Shown here: positions 39,099 to 48,570 of the stretch, piece after piece | How positions within the stretch are numbered: the first letter of the stretch is position 1 | Layout: every line of letters starts with the position of its first letter | NCBI GenBank assembly: GCA_012837425.1 | Contig: DURE01000050.1 | Location: 9,278 to 73,277 of the forward strand | Length of the DNA stretch: 64,000 nucleotides | Reading direction: 5' to 3' | DNA from: Clostridiales bacterium | Lineage (GTDB): Bacteria > Bacillota > Clostridia > Oscillospirales > CAG-272 | The notes under the pieces: model-generated | Told to the model about the DNA's origin: nothing | The model's input: the letters and a program-made list of their open reading frames with translations, nothing else | Databases searched by the model: none | Position numbers and translations under genes: made by a program

Positions 39099-39124
39099 AA
39101 TTTTCACCTCAGATATGGTTTTTT
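38994..39124 (-). repeat. Direct repeat copy B (about 130 bp): duplicated trx 5' region
   Basis: See copy A. Confidence 0.85.
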
Positions 39125-39189
39125 GATCAAGAAGCAAGGCTGATGTCCGAAATTTATATTGCTTCTTTTGAGCCTGTTGAATGACAAAA

Positions 39190-39233
39190 AAATATAAAAG
39201 CCCCGCGGCGCGTACGCACACCGCGGGGCTTTT
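39190..39233 (-). terminator. Intrinsic terminator after the acidic zinc-ribbon gene
   Basis: AAAAGCCCCGCGG-(12 nt)-CCGCGGGGCTTTT. On the minus strand it is followed by ATATTTTTTT. Confidence 0.8.
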
Positions 39234-39249
39234 CATTCAGTGCAGTATT

Positions 39250-39663
39250 TTATTCTTCTTCTTCGTCTGCCTCGTCCTCTCCCTCGAGCAGGGTGGCGAG
39301 CTTCTCGCCGCAGGAGGGGCAGGCCAGGTCCTCGGGGTCGTCCTCGCAGTCAAAGCATATGGTCTCCCCGCAGTTGGGACATTCGATTTCAAAGCACTCG
39401 CATTCGCACTCGTCGTCCTCGTCATACTCGTCCTCGTTGTCAAGCCCGTAAATGTCCTCTTCGACACCTCCGAGGTCCTCGTCAATCTCCTCAATGTAGT
39501 CGCTCAGATAATCGAGGTCCTCCTCGATTTCGGAGATGGCTTTTGCCATATCTCCTGCTAGGTCAATGAGGGCGGCAATCAGTTTGCCCTCGGGTGTGGT
39601 TTTGTCATAGTCAAGGCCATCGGCAAGCCCCCTGAGATATACCGCTTTTTCGTTCAGAGTCAT
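39250..39663 (-). CDS. Highly acidic protein with a C-terminal CxxC...CxxC zinc ribbon
   Basis: ATG 39663 preceded by AGGTGG. Sequence MTLNEKAVYLRGLADGLDYDKTTPEGKLIAALIDL..., a D/E-rich tract, then ECECECFEIECPNCGETICFDCEDDPEDLACPSCGEKL. Confidence 0.7.
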   Translation of the reverse strand: MTLNEKAVYLRGLADGLDYDKTTPEGKLIAALIDLAGDMAKAISEIEEDLDYLSDYIEEIDEDLGGVEEDIYGLDNEDEYDEDDECECECFEIECPNCGETICFDCEDDPEDLACPSCGEKLATLLEGEDEADEEEE

Positions 39664-39731
39664 TTTTTCCACCTTTCATTTTTCTTTATTAGGCTTTGGC
39701 TGCGCCGGCGGCAGCCGATATGTTGCTGGAC

Positions 39732-40289
39732 TTATGCGCGGGAGAGATATTCGCCTGTGCGGGTGTCTATTTTGATGATGTCGCCGGTGTTGATAAATAG
39801 CGGCACCTTGATTTGCGCACCTGTTTCAAGCGTCGCAGACTTCAGTGTATTGGTGGCGGTGTTGCCGGCAAATCCGGGCTCGGTATCGGTTATCTCAAGC
39901 TCGACGAAGGTCGGGGGCTCCACACCGAAGACGTTTCCCTTATAGGATATTATCTTGCAGAGCATCTCCTCCTTGACAAACTTAAAGCTGTCGGGCAGCT
40001 TGTCTTTGTTGAGGGGGATAAGCTCGAAGGTCGTCATGTCCATAAAGTAATAAAGGTCGCCGTCGTTGTAGGAATACTGCATATCCCTGCGCTCGATATA
40101 GGCGTTTTCATATTTATCGGTGGGCGAAAAGGTTTTTTCCACCACGGCGCCCGTGATAACGTTTTTTATCTTGGTGCGTACAAAGGCCGCCCCCTTTCCG
40201 GGCTTGACGTGCTGGAACTCTATAACCTGATATACGCCCCCGTCCATTTCAAAGGTTATGCCGTTTTTAAAGTCGCCCGCTGTTACCAT
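39732..40289 (-). CDS. efp: Elongation factor P
   Basis: ATG 40289 preceded by GGAGG. Sequence [43 protein letters not shown]. Confidence 0.97.
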   Translation of the reverse strand: MVTAGDFKNGITFEMDGGVYQVIEFQHVKPGKGAAFVRTKIKNVITGAVVEKTFSPTDKYENAYIERRDMQYSYNDGDLYYFMDMTTFELIPLNKDKLPDSFKFVKEEMLCKIISYKGNVFGVEPPTFVELEITDTEPGFAGNTATNTLKSATLETGAQIKVPLFINTGDIIKIDTRTGEYLSRA

Positions 40290-40463
40290 ATATACCTCCA
40301 ATCAGTGTTTCCTATACACAAATACGCACTATCGGCAAAATTTTACGCGTCGCCGCATCTGAATTTTATTGTACTATAAATGGCAATGCTTTGCAAGGGG
40401 TTTTTATTAAATTATGCCCATGGCGCGGAGCTTTTTTGCGGCCGGCGCCTCCGAAATTTTATG

Positions 40464-40492
40464 TTGAAAAAACAAAAATTGTGTGGTATACT
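40464..40492 (+). promoter_or_regulatory. Sigma-A-type promoter for comM and the MBOAT gene
   Basis: TTGAAA, a 17-nt spacer, then TATACT, with TG at the extended -10 position. Confidence 0.5.
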
Positions 40493-40537
40493 TTTTATAT
40501 GACAAATTTTGTATATGCGGAGGCATTTGGCTGAATA

Positions 40538-42070
40538 ATGTTATCGACGGTATGCGGCGCGGGGCTGTACGGCATCGACGGCTTTGTTGTCAGGGCCGAA
40601 TGCGACGCCTCTGATCGGCTTCCGGAATTTGATATAGTCGGCCTGCCCGACGCCGCCGTCAAGGAGGCCAAGGAGCGGGTGAGGACAGCCTGCGAGAACA
40701 GCGGCTGGCGCTTCCCCGACATGGCGCTGACTGTAAATCTTGCTCCGGCCGACCGGCGCAAGGAGGGCTCGGGGTTTGATTTGCCTATTCTGCTCGGGAT
40801 TCTGCGCTGCGCCGGCGTGCTGCGTGAGGAGGTCGAGCTCGACTATCGCTGCTTTGCCGGCGAGCTCTCGCTCTCGGGGGGAGTGCGCGGGGTGCGCGGG
40901 GCGCTCTGTATGTGCGCGGCGGCGCGGGAGGCCGGGTTGCGTGAGTTCTACGCCCCGGCCGTGAATGCCGTCGAGGCGGCGGCGGTCGCCGGGATAACCG
41001 TATACCCAGTTGAGAGCATCGGGGCGCTGGTAGCCCATCTCAACGGCGACAAGCCAATAGAGCCTGTTCAGCCCCCCGGCATGGTAGACAAGCCGCTGGT
41101 CGGCGGGCCGGATTTTGTCGACGTCCGCGGCCAGCTTATGGCAAAGCGGGCGATGGAAATCGCCGCTGCGGGAGGACACAATATACTGCTGATAGGCCCG
41201 CCGGGCACCGGAAAATCTATGATGGCCAAGCGCCTGTCCGGAATTCTGCCTCCGCTGACCTTCGAGGAAGCTATAGAAACAACCAAAATCCATTCGGTAG
41301 CCGGAATTCTGCCCGAGGGCGTGTCGCTGCTCGGCGCCCGGCCCTTCCGCTCGCCGCACCACACCATGTCGGCGGTGAGTCTGGTCGGCGGAGGTATTTA
41401 TCCGCTGCCCGGCGAGGTGTCGCTGGCGCACAACGGTGTGCTCTTCCTTGACGAGCTGCCCGAGTTCCCGAAGCAGGTGACCGACGCGCTGCGCCAGCCG
41501 CTTGAGGACCGGCAGGTTACCATCACCCGCGCCAACGGGCGGGTTACCTACCCCTGCGCCTTTATGCTGGTCGGCGCGATGAACCCCTGCCGCTGCGGCT
41601 ATTTCGGGCACACAACGCGAAAATGCTCCTGCCGCCCCGACGATGTCAGGCGCTATATATCACGGATAAGCGGGCCGCTGCTCGACCGGATGGACATACA
41701 GATTGAAATGCCCTCGCTTACATACGACGAACTATCGGAGGAGCCCCGGGTTACCGAGAGCTCGGAAAAAATCCGCGAGCGGGTGGTGGGGGCGCGCGAG
41801 TTCGCGCGGCGGCGTATGGGCGAGGGGGCGGTTTTCTGCAATGCTCAGCTTGACTCGGCCAAAATTCGCAAATACTGCAGAACAGACGAGGGCGCGGTAC
41901 AGCTTCTGCGCTCGGCTTATGACGCGCTCGGGCTCTCGGCCCGCGGCTATGACCGGATTATGCGGGTGGCCCGCACTATTGCCGACCTTGACGAGAGCGA
42001 GATAATCCGCGATCATCACGTCGCCGAGGCGGTGCAGTTGCGCAGCCTCGACCGCAAATACTGGGGCTAA
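40538..42070 (+). CDS. comM: YifB/ComM family Mg-chelatase-like AAA+ ATPase
   Basis: N-terminal Lon-like domain, Walker A GPPGTGKSM, and VLFLDELPEF. Confidence 0.93.
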   Translation: MLSTVCGAGLYGIDGFVVRAECDASDRLPEFDIVGLPDAAVKEAKERVRTACENSGWRFPDMALTVNLAPADRRKEGSGFDLPILLGILRCAGVLREEVELDYRCFAGELSLSGGVRGVRGALCMCAAAREAGLREFYAPAVNAVEAAAVAGITVYPVESIGALVAHLNGDKPIEPVQPPGMVDKPLVGGPDFVDVRGQLMAKRAMEIAAAGGHNILLIGPPGTGKSMMAKRLSGILPPLTFEEAIETTKIHSVAGILPEGVSLLGARPFRSPHHTMSAVSLVGGGIYPLPGEVSLAHNGVLFLDELPEFPKQVTDALRQPLEDRQVTITRANGRVTYPCAFMLVGAMNPCRCGYFGHTTRKCSCRPDDVRRYISRISGPLLDRMDIQIEMPSLTYDELSEEPRVTESSEKIRERVVGAREFARRRMGEGAVFCNAQLDSAKIRKYCRTDEGAVQLLRSAYDALGLSARGYDRIMRVARTIADLDESEIIRDHHVAEAVQLRSLDRKYWG

Positions 42071-42080
42071 GGAGGCCGGA

Positions 42081-43505
42081 GTGCTCTTTTCATCGCTTGA
42101 ATTTCTCTATCTCTTCATGCCGATGGTGCTGCTGGTTTATTTTCTGAGCCCGCTGCGCTGGCGCAATATTGTCCTGCTGATTTTCAGCCTGATTTTTTAC
42201 GGCTGGGGCGAACCGGTCTATGTTTTTCTGATGATGCTCACCATCTCATTGGATTATGTATTCGGCCGGCTTATTGAGAAAAATCTTGACAACAAACCGA
42301 AGGCCCGCCGGTATCTTATCGGGGCGGTGGTCAGCAATCTTGCGATTTTAGGCTTTTTCAAGTATGCCGGGTTCATAGCCTCAAACCTGCGCCTTATCCC
42401 CGGGCTTGAGGGACTTGAGGTCCCGGAAATTTCACTCCCCATCGGAATTTCGTTTTATACCTTTCAGGCGCTGTCATATGTCATAGACGTGTATCGCGGC
42501 CAGACCCGCGCGCAGCAAAATATCGGCCACTTCGGCGCATATGTCACGCTCTTCCCGCAGCTTATCGCAGGTCCCATCGTGCGCTACCGCGACATCGACG
42601 AGCAACTGACCGAGCGGGCGCATTCACTGACAATGATAGCCTCGGGTATTAGGACCTTTACCGCGGGGCTCTGCAAAAAGGTGCTTCTCGCAAATCCCTC
42701 CGGCGAGCTTTGGAAATATTTTTCGGGCCTGCCGCAGGATGAGCTGACGGTGGCTGGGGCCTGGTTCGGCATTGCGGCATATACTTTCCAAATTTATTTT
42801 GACTTCTCGGGCTATTCCGACATGGCAATAGGGCTGGGCCGTATATTCGGCTTTCGCTTTCTTGAAAACTTCAATTACCCCTATATCTCAAAAAGCATCA
42901 CCGAGTTCTGGCGGCGCTGGCATATCTCGCTCTCCACATGGTTCCGCGAATATGTCTATATCCCGCTGGGCGGAAACCGCGCCGGCGCCGGGCGCACCTA
43001 TTTCAACCTCCTTGTCGTATGGCTGCTGACCGGCCTCTGGCACGGCGCCAACTGGAATTTCGTCATATGGGGGTTTTATTACTTCCTTTTACTCTTGATT
43101 GAAAAAGCCTTTCTCGGAAAGTTGCTTGAGCGGGCGCCCGCCTTCCTCCGGCATGTCTATACCATGTTTTTTGTGGTGTTGGGCTGGGTTATATTTGTCT
43201 TTGACTCAACCGACGGGCTGACGCTCGGCAGGGGTGCCGGCTATATCCGCGCCATGTTCGGCGCGGGCGGGGCGGGCCTTATCAATTCGGCCGATGTCTG
43301 GGACATCGCACGCTCTGCGCTGCTTATCTCTGTAATGATTTTCGCAAGTCTTCCGACAGCCCGCCGCGCCTTCTGGCAGGTGTACGAAAAAAAAGGCCGC
43401 TGGGTATCGCTTACCTCGGGCGCTCTCTGCGTCGCGGCGCTCATAATCTGCACGGCCTATCTTGTCGACTCGTCCTTTAATCCGTTTTTATATTTCAGGT
43501 TTTAA
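42081..43505 (+). CDS. MBOAT family O-acyltransferase (AlgI/DltB-like)
   Basis: Polytopic membrane protein with the conserved FWRRWHISLSTWFREYVYIPLGGNR block. GTG start. Confidence 0.88.
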   Translation: MLFSSLEFLYLFMPMVLLVYFLSPLRWRNIVLLIFSLIFYGWGEPVYVFLMMLTISLDYVFGRLIEKNLDNKPKARRYLIGAVVSNLAILGFFKYAGFIASNLRLIPGLEGLEVPEISLPIGISFYTFQALSYVIDVYRGQTRAQQNIGHFGAYVTLFPQLIAGPIVRYRDIDEQLTERAHSLTMIASGIRTFTAGLCKKVLLANPSGELWKYFSGLPQDELTVAGAWFGIAAYTFQIYFDFSGYSDMAIGLGRIFGFRFLENFNYPYISKSITEFWRRWHISLSTWFREYVYIPLGGNRAGAGRTYFNLLVVWLLTGLWHGANWNFVIWGFYYFLLLLIEKAFLGKLLERAPAFLRHVYTMFFVVLGWVIFVFDSTDGLTLGRGAGYIRAMFGAGGAGLINSADVWDIARSALLISVMIFASLPTARRAFWQVYEKKGRWVSLTSGALCVAALIICTAYLVDSSFNPFLYFRF

Positions 43506-43508
43506 TAT

Positions 43509-43575
43509 GTGGGGTTCCACCCCGCACCCCGCTTGAGGTTTTTTGAAAAGCCCCTTAAGAAACCCAAAAACTTCC
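43509..43575 (+). repeat. Composite hairpin repeat, copy R6
   Basis: Sequence gtggggttccaccccgcaccccgcttgaggttttttgaaaagccccttaagaaacccaaaaacttcc, starting 4 nt after the MBOAT stop codon. Confidence 0.8.
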
Positions 43576-43601
43576 TGGCAATTATTTTTCTCGCTAATAC
43601 T

Positions 43602-43632
43602 GCAGCGCGGGACCCACGTCCCGCGCTGCTTT
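43602..43632. terminator. Terminator hairpin between the convergent MBOAT and binding-protein genes
   Basis: GCAGCGCGGGAC-ccac-GTCCCGCGCTGC followed by TTTAT. Confidence 0.65.
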
Positions 43633-43741
43633 ATGGAGAAGTATATAATGCCTTGATAGGTTCTTAAATGGGTTTTGGGAGAAATTTATCTCAAGAAGTT
43701 TCCCGAGCGTATCCCGTGGCGTTGGGCAGGGCACGGCATTA

Positions 43742-45244
43742 TTAATCCGAAAATGCCTTCATTATTGTATTGATTCCGCCCTCGATTACTTTTGAGAGGG
43801 CTTTGTACTGCGACGCGAAGGTTTTGGTGTTGTTAATTACCTGTGTGCGCATTGCCTGATAGACATTCGCGGTCTGAGTGCTGTAGAATCTGCCGAGGTC
43901 AAAGCTTACCGTGTTGCGCAGGATGTCGTACATCTCGGTGGTAACCTCGTCGCTGGCGTATTTAATCTTCATTGCTGTCTCAAATACCATCGGGGTCACA
44001 CGGCGGTAGCTTTCGGAGGAGAGGCATTCGAGCACCGCCGCGCAGGTATTGGTATCGAAGGCGCCTTTTGAGATAGCGTACATCGTAAAGGGGTGGCCGA
44101 CGTTTGTCGAATAATTTTCCTGGTATTCGTCGTATTTCGGGTTGGGGATGAGCCCGTATTCAAATTCTATGCTGTCGGAATTGCCGTAGTCCTTGCCGCA
44201 GACGATGAACACCCTGTCCATGGTAAAGAGGGCGCGCTCCTCAAAGAATATCGAGCGGATTGAAACATTGTTCAGAAAGCTGACATCCGGCGTGGCACAA
44301 AACTCTCCGAGCTTGTCGAGCAAATCATAAACCCTCTGGCTGCCAAGCATCGGGGAGATAATCAGCTCTCCGCTATTGTTTTTCTCAAGCGCCGAAAACC
44401 CGGCTGCGGTAAAGAAGGCGTCGATATTGGTGTTGAAAATAATGAACCCGTAGAAATCGCCGTTGTCGATATTCCCGTTGCCGTTGAGGTCGGAATACTT
44501 ATTGGCAGAGAGTTCGATAAACTTGTCAAGCGTCCACTTGCCGTCCCGCACGAGGTCGTAGGGATTCTCAATCTCCTGCTGCTCGACCAATTCCTTGTTA
44601 AAGAAGGTGCCTATCATCATCCAGAGCAGGTTGGTGGAAAGGTCGCCCGAGCAGAAGTACATCCTGTCGTTAACCAGGCACTGCTCAAGCAGTGTGTCGG
44701 GCCACCAGGGCATATCATAATCGAGGTAATCCAGCCCCGTGAGCTCCTCGCAATGCCCCGAGAGCACCATGGCAGGGGCTGTGCGGCTGTATCCGGCATA
44801 AATGTCATATTCGCAGGCGCCGCTTGTCAGGTCGGCCTCGGCTTTTTGCATATAGGCCGCCATGTGTGTATCGTTGCCCAGGGTAGCAACATAATTGAGC
44901 TTTACGCCAAGCCGGTCCTCAACTATCCGGTTGCGCTCAAAAATGGCGTCGTTGATGATTTCGCCGTTTAAGCCCTCGACGAAAAACTCAAGCATGGGGC
45001 AGTCCTCCCAAATCAGGAAGGTAACCTCGGCATTCTGAAAATTGAGGTCATCCGGAAGATTGTCAAGAATATAGCCGTTTTCGTCATAGCCCTCATCAGG
45101 GGACTTGCTGGTCTCGTCGCTGGCCGCGGGTTGTGTGGTTGTTTCGGCTGGCTGATCCTCGTTTTGCATACAGCCCGGCAGGGAGACGAACATTGAAAGA
45201 ATAATAAGCGCCAAAAAGGCACAAGTCCAAAATCTCCGCTCCAT
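43742..45244 (-). CDS. Solute-binding lipoprotein (LplA-like ABC substrate-binding family), paralog 2
   Basis: Signal peptide and lipobox ..LIILSMFVSLPGC, and a T/E/P-rich linker. It aligns clearly along its whole length with the ORFs at 7235 and 50931. Confidence 0.85.
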   Translation of the reverse strand: MERRFWTCAFLALIILSMFVSLPGCMQNEDQPAETTTQPAASDETSKSPDEGYDENGYILDNLPDDLNFQNAEVTFLIWEDCPMLEFFVEGLNGEIINDAIFERNRIVEDRLGVKLNYVATLGNDTHMAAYMQKAEADLTSGACEYDIYAGYSRTAPAMVLSGHCEELTGLDYLDYDMPWWPDTLLEQCLVNDRMYFCSGDLSTNLLWMMIGTFFNKELVEQQEIENPYDLVRDGKWTLDKFIELSANKYSDLNGNGNIDNGDFYGFIIFNTNIDAFFTAAGFSALEKNNSGELIISPMLGSQRVYDLLDKLGEFCATPDVSFLNNVSIRSIFFEERALFTMDRVFIVCGKDYGNSDSIEFEYGLIPNPKYDEYQENYSTNVGHPFTMYAISKGAFDTNTCAAVLECLSSESYRRVTPMVFETAMKIKYASDEVTTEMYDILRNTVSFDLGRFYSTQTANVYQAMRTQVINNTKTFASQYKALSKVIEGGINTIMKAFSD

Positions 45245-45269
45245 GAGTTTCCTCCTATGTATTTATTTT

Positions 45270-46148
45270 TTACAGCTTCAGCAGGTATTCGCCGACCTCG
45301 CGCGCCAGCCTGACCGTTGCAGGAATCAACTCGGACGGCATTCTCCGGCAGCAGCTCAGCTCATATGTAAGGTCGTCGGTATAGTCAATCTCGCGCAGGG
45401 TCCTCATTACCTCGGGCCATTTAACTGTCCCGAAGAAGGGGATGGTGTGCAGGTCGTCCTTGCCGATATTGTCGTCGAGGTGTGTTGCGCGCAGGCGCCG
45501 GCCGAGTTTTTTTATGGCCGCGGTCTGGTCGCGGAAGGTGCGGTTGCCGTGGCCGAAATCCCAGCAGGCCGCGACATACTCGCTGTTGTAGGAGTCGATA
45601 AGGGCGCAAAGCTCGTCGGGGGTCACGCCGAACCGGCGCCGCCCGTCGACATCGGCCATATTCTCAAAGGCAAGCCCGACGCCAAACGAGGAGGCCAGCT
45701 CGACATATTTGTCATAAATCCGGTGGTTGTAGGCAAGGTCGGCCTCAAGGTCTAGCTCATACTCCCCGATATACTGAACCGGGTGCACTACCGCCCATTT
45801 GACGCCGAGCATTGCGCTCACACGTATGGCGCGCTCTGTCGCCCAGATGAAAAACTCATTTTGCTCGCAGCCCTCGTCCTCGGGCGACCTGCGCCGGCTT
45901 GCGGCCTTGGGGTAGGGCAGGTGGGATTGCGAGAACTCGACGCCGAGCCGGGCGGCCTCGTCGGCTATCTCATAGACCAGCACCTCCCAGTTGTCGCCGA
46001 GCAGCTCGGTCTCACCGCGCTGGAAGGGGCACATGTTAAAGTCCATTACCGAAAAGCCCGCCATGTGCGTCTTTCGCAGCGAATTTAAGTAGTTTCTCCG
46101 GTCCTCGCGGTTCTCGTAGAAAAGATTTGTCATTGCAGATAAACGCAT
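45270..46148 (-). CDS. Sugar phosphate isomerase/epimerase family protein (xylose-isomerase-like TIM barrel)
   Basis: 292 aa with ..VVHP.., ..LAFENM.., ..CWDFGHGN.., ..THLDDN.. metal-ligand-like blocks typical of the AP_endonuc_2 fold. Confidence 0.8.
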   Translation of the reverse strand: MRLSAMTNLFYENREDRRNYLNSLRKTHMAGFSVMDFNMCPFQRGETELLGDNWEVLVYEIADEAARLGVEFSQSHLPYPKAASRRRSPEDEGCEQNEFFIWATERAIRVSAMLGVKWAVVHPVQYIGEYELDLEADLAYNHRIYDKYVELASSFGVGLAFENMADVDGRRRFGVTPDELCALIDSYNSEYVAACWDFGHGNRTFRDQTAAIKKLGRRLRATHLDDNIGKDDLHTIPFFGTVKWPEVMRTLREIDYTDDLTYELSCCRRMPSELIPATVRLAREVGEYLLKL

Positions 46149-46178
46149 TTATTGACCCTGCTTTCTTTTAAGATTTAT

Positions 46179-48044
46179 TTATTCAATGTCGCAAGAGAAG
46201 ATATTTACGCTTCCGGCGCCCCAGGTTTTAAGGAACTTCACTTCAAGCTCGCGTACCTCTTTGCCGATATCGAGTCTGAGCAGCGAGTGGTGCCAGTCGT
46301 TGGCCGAATAAATCAGCTCGCCGTCTCCCCATACCTCAAAGGCCCGAACCAGCGTCGCCGCCACCTTTACGGGGCGAAAATCAAGGCCGGTGCAGCATTT
46401 TTGGGCAAAAGTCCGCATTTTCTTGTTGACCGAAATGGTTTTGCGCGAGAAATCTGGGTCGAATACCACGCGCAGCCGCTCGACATACTCAGGGCTGTCA
46501 AAGCTGAATCTGACACTGCCGCCGGGCATGAGGGTTATGTGGTTTTTTTCGTCCAGGCCGTCGCGCTCAATGCCGCTGAAAAGAACGGAACGTTCCGAAT
46601 CGGACAGATTTAATTTTGCCTGCAAAGAAAGGGCAGGAATTTCGCGCTTCAGTCCCGGCAGCCAGCAGCCGGCGTCCATCAGCTTTTTCTGCAACTTTTT
46701 AACATGCTTTTCGTATATTTCATGCGGAGTAGCGTTCTCGGCTATGCAGATACCGGCAGCCGTCCCCATCGCCTGCCCGAGCAGCGAGCAGGTGCCCATG
46801 ACGCGGGTGGAGGAGATCGCGGCATGTGTGGCGCTGATATTGCGCCCGGCAAAGAAGAGGTTGGCTATGTTTTTTGAGTAAAGCACCCGGTAGGGTATCC
46901 CGTAGGGCGACGGTGTCGGATACAGCAGCGAGGCCGGCTCGCTGGCCTTGGCGTAGAATCCGCCGGGGTTGTGGTCGTCCATCGGCCAGCCGCCGTAAGC
47001 CACAATGTCGTCAAATTTTCCTCCCGCCTCAATGTCGCGCTGGGTCAGCACATAAGGGCCGATGTACCTGCGGCTCTCGCGCTTGCCGGGCAAAAATCCT
47101 ATCCACTCAAGCTCCCAGTTCTCGGCGCCGTGGTCGCCGCGGTTTTTGATGTGGTCCCAGATGCCATAAGCAATCTTCACAAGCTCGTCGCGCAGCATTT
47201 CGGTGTCGTGAATGGAGTCATGCTCGCCGCCCAGCTCAATCCACCAGAAGTTGGTCCCGTCGGTGCCGAGCTTGTGTGAGCGCCTTAACTTATTAGCTCC
47301 CGCCAACGCCTCGTTTGAACAATGACCGAAGTCGCTGCCACAGGCCGGAACATTGTTAAAATCGGCGTCGGTTTTGTAGACATAGGCCCATGGGGGAGCC
47401 TTGAACTCGACCGGGTGGTCGGTCTCGCGGGCCTGTATCAGGCAGGACATTCCCATGGTCTTGCGGTCGGCCGCGGGGGGGCCTATGGTCTCATTGTACT
47501 CGTCATTGCCCTCACGCCCGACCCGCCAGAGCGCGCCGGTAATGGGCGCCAGTATAGAGTCTCCCGAGCAGTCGGCAAAATATCTTGCATACACAGTATG
47601 CCAGGTATAGGTGGTAAGCTGCCAGCCCCTGACGCATAATATGTTTTTGCCGTCCTCGCTCATGTCGGCGTCGGCGCAGGAGCAGTTAAGCAGCAGGGTA
47701 ATATTCTCTTCGCGCGCTACCATGTTCCAGAGCACGCCGTCCCAGACCGAATAATTGAGGTAGGGATTTACATATATGTTCTCCTCCTCAAGCTCGCTGA
47801 TAAGCCCGGTTTCGCGCTTGTAAAGATTGCTTACCCGGTCGACAGAGCCCGCGGCGCCACGCACCCACATGCGAATCTCGCTTGATGCGTTTCCGCCGAG
47901 CACCGGTCTGTCCTGCATGAGGACTACCCTCGCGCCCTCGCGGGCCGCCGATATCGCGGCGAACATGCCTGACAGGCCGCCGCCCACCACACAGAAGTCA
48001 ACATGGTGCTCAATTGTCCTGAGTCGGTCGGTTTTGATTAGCAT
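46179..48044 (-). CDS. FAD-dependent oxidoreductase, about 620 aa, with no signal peptide
   Basis: Start at ATG 48044 after GAGGGA. Dinucleotide-binding motif DFCVVGGGLSGMFAAISAAREGARVVLMQDRPVLGGNASSE. The C-terminal roughly 150 aa looks like a beta-sandwich. Confidence 0.8.
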   Translation of the reverse strand: MLIKTDRLRTIEHHVDFCVVGGGLSGMFAAISAAREGARVVLMQDRPVLGGNASSEIRMWVRGAAGSVDRVSNLYKRETGLISELEEENIYVNPYLNYSVWDGVLWNMVAREENITLLLNCSCADADMSEDGKNILCVRGWQLTTYTWHTVYARYFADCSGDSILAPITGALWRVGREGNDEYNETIGPPAADRKTMGMSCLIQARETDHPVEFKAPPWAYVYKTDADFNNVPACGSDFGHCSNEALAGANKLRRSHKLGTDGTNFWWIELGGEHDSIHDTEMLRDELVKIAYGIWDHIKNRGDHGAENWELEWIGFLPGKRESRRYIGPYVLTQRDIEAGGKFDDIVAYGGWPMDDHNPGGFYAKASEPASLLYPTPSPYGIPYRVLYSKNIANLFFAGRNISATHAAISSTRVMGTCSLLGQAMGTAAGICIAENATPHEIYEKHVKKLQKKLMDAGCWLPGLKREIPALSLQAKLNLSDSERSVLFSGIERDGLDEKNHITLMPGGSVRFSFDSPEYVERLRVVFDPDFSRKTISVNKKMRTFAQKCCTGLDFRPVKVAATLVRAFEVWGDGELIYSANDWHHSLLRLDIGKEVRELEVKFLKTWGAGSVNIFSCDIE

Positions 48045-48154
48045 AACATCCCTCAATTCGTTGATTATTGCCGCCCTATTATTCCCGCCCCGGGTGCAGC
48101 AAAGACGCACAAATACTGCCCGATACCGGATGGCGGCGGTTACGGCTTTTGATA

Positions 48155-48183
48155 ATTATACATTATAATAAGCCCTTTGTAAA
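48155..48183 (-). promoter_or_regulatory. Sigma-A-type promoter of the oxidoreductase/TIM-barrel/binding-protein operon
   Basis: On the minus strand: TTTACA, a 17-nt spacer, then TATAAT. Confidence 0.5.
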
Positions 48184-48411
48184 TATTTTTTTGTGATAGA
48201 ACCGTTAATTGTCGGCTCAGTTGCCTGTCATATACTGGCTTCCGCCATCTTCATATTCGCTTTTTTAAAAATGCGCTCCCCGTTTTGTGGAAACGCGCCA
48301 TGTAATTTACACATTATTAAATACGATGTACAAAAACAGCGCTCGCGATTTGTGTAATATGAAGAAAATTCATAATTTGTTTACAAATCGGACACAAAGT
48401 ATAAAAGACCC

Positions 48412-48440
48412 TTGACAAAACATGAAGCGCATGCTATTAT
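48412..48440 (+). promoter_or_regulatory. Sigma-A-type promoter of the surface-protein gene
   Basis: TTGACA, a 17-nt spacer, then TATTAT. The leader is about 130 nt. Confidence 0.55.
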
Positions 48441-48570
48441 TAGGGCATCATCAATTTCACTATCCGTAATAATTTACTTTTTGCGAAACTCCTTATACTA
48501 TAACGACATTTTACAGTTCGTGCATTATTAACTTGAAGTAATAAAATTATACATAAAAAGGGAACCTGCT

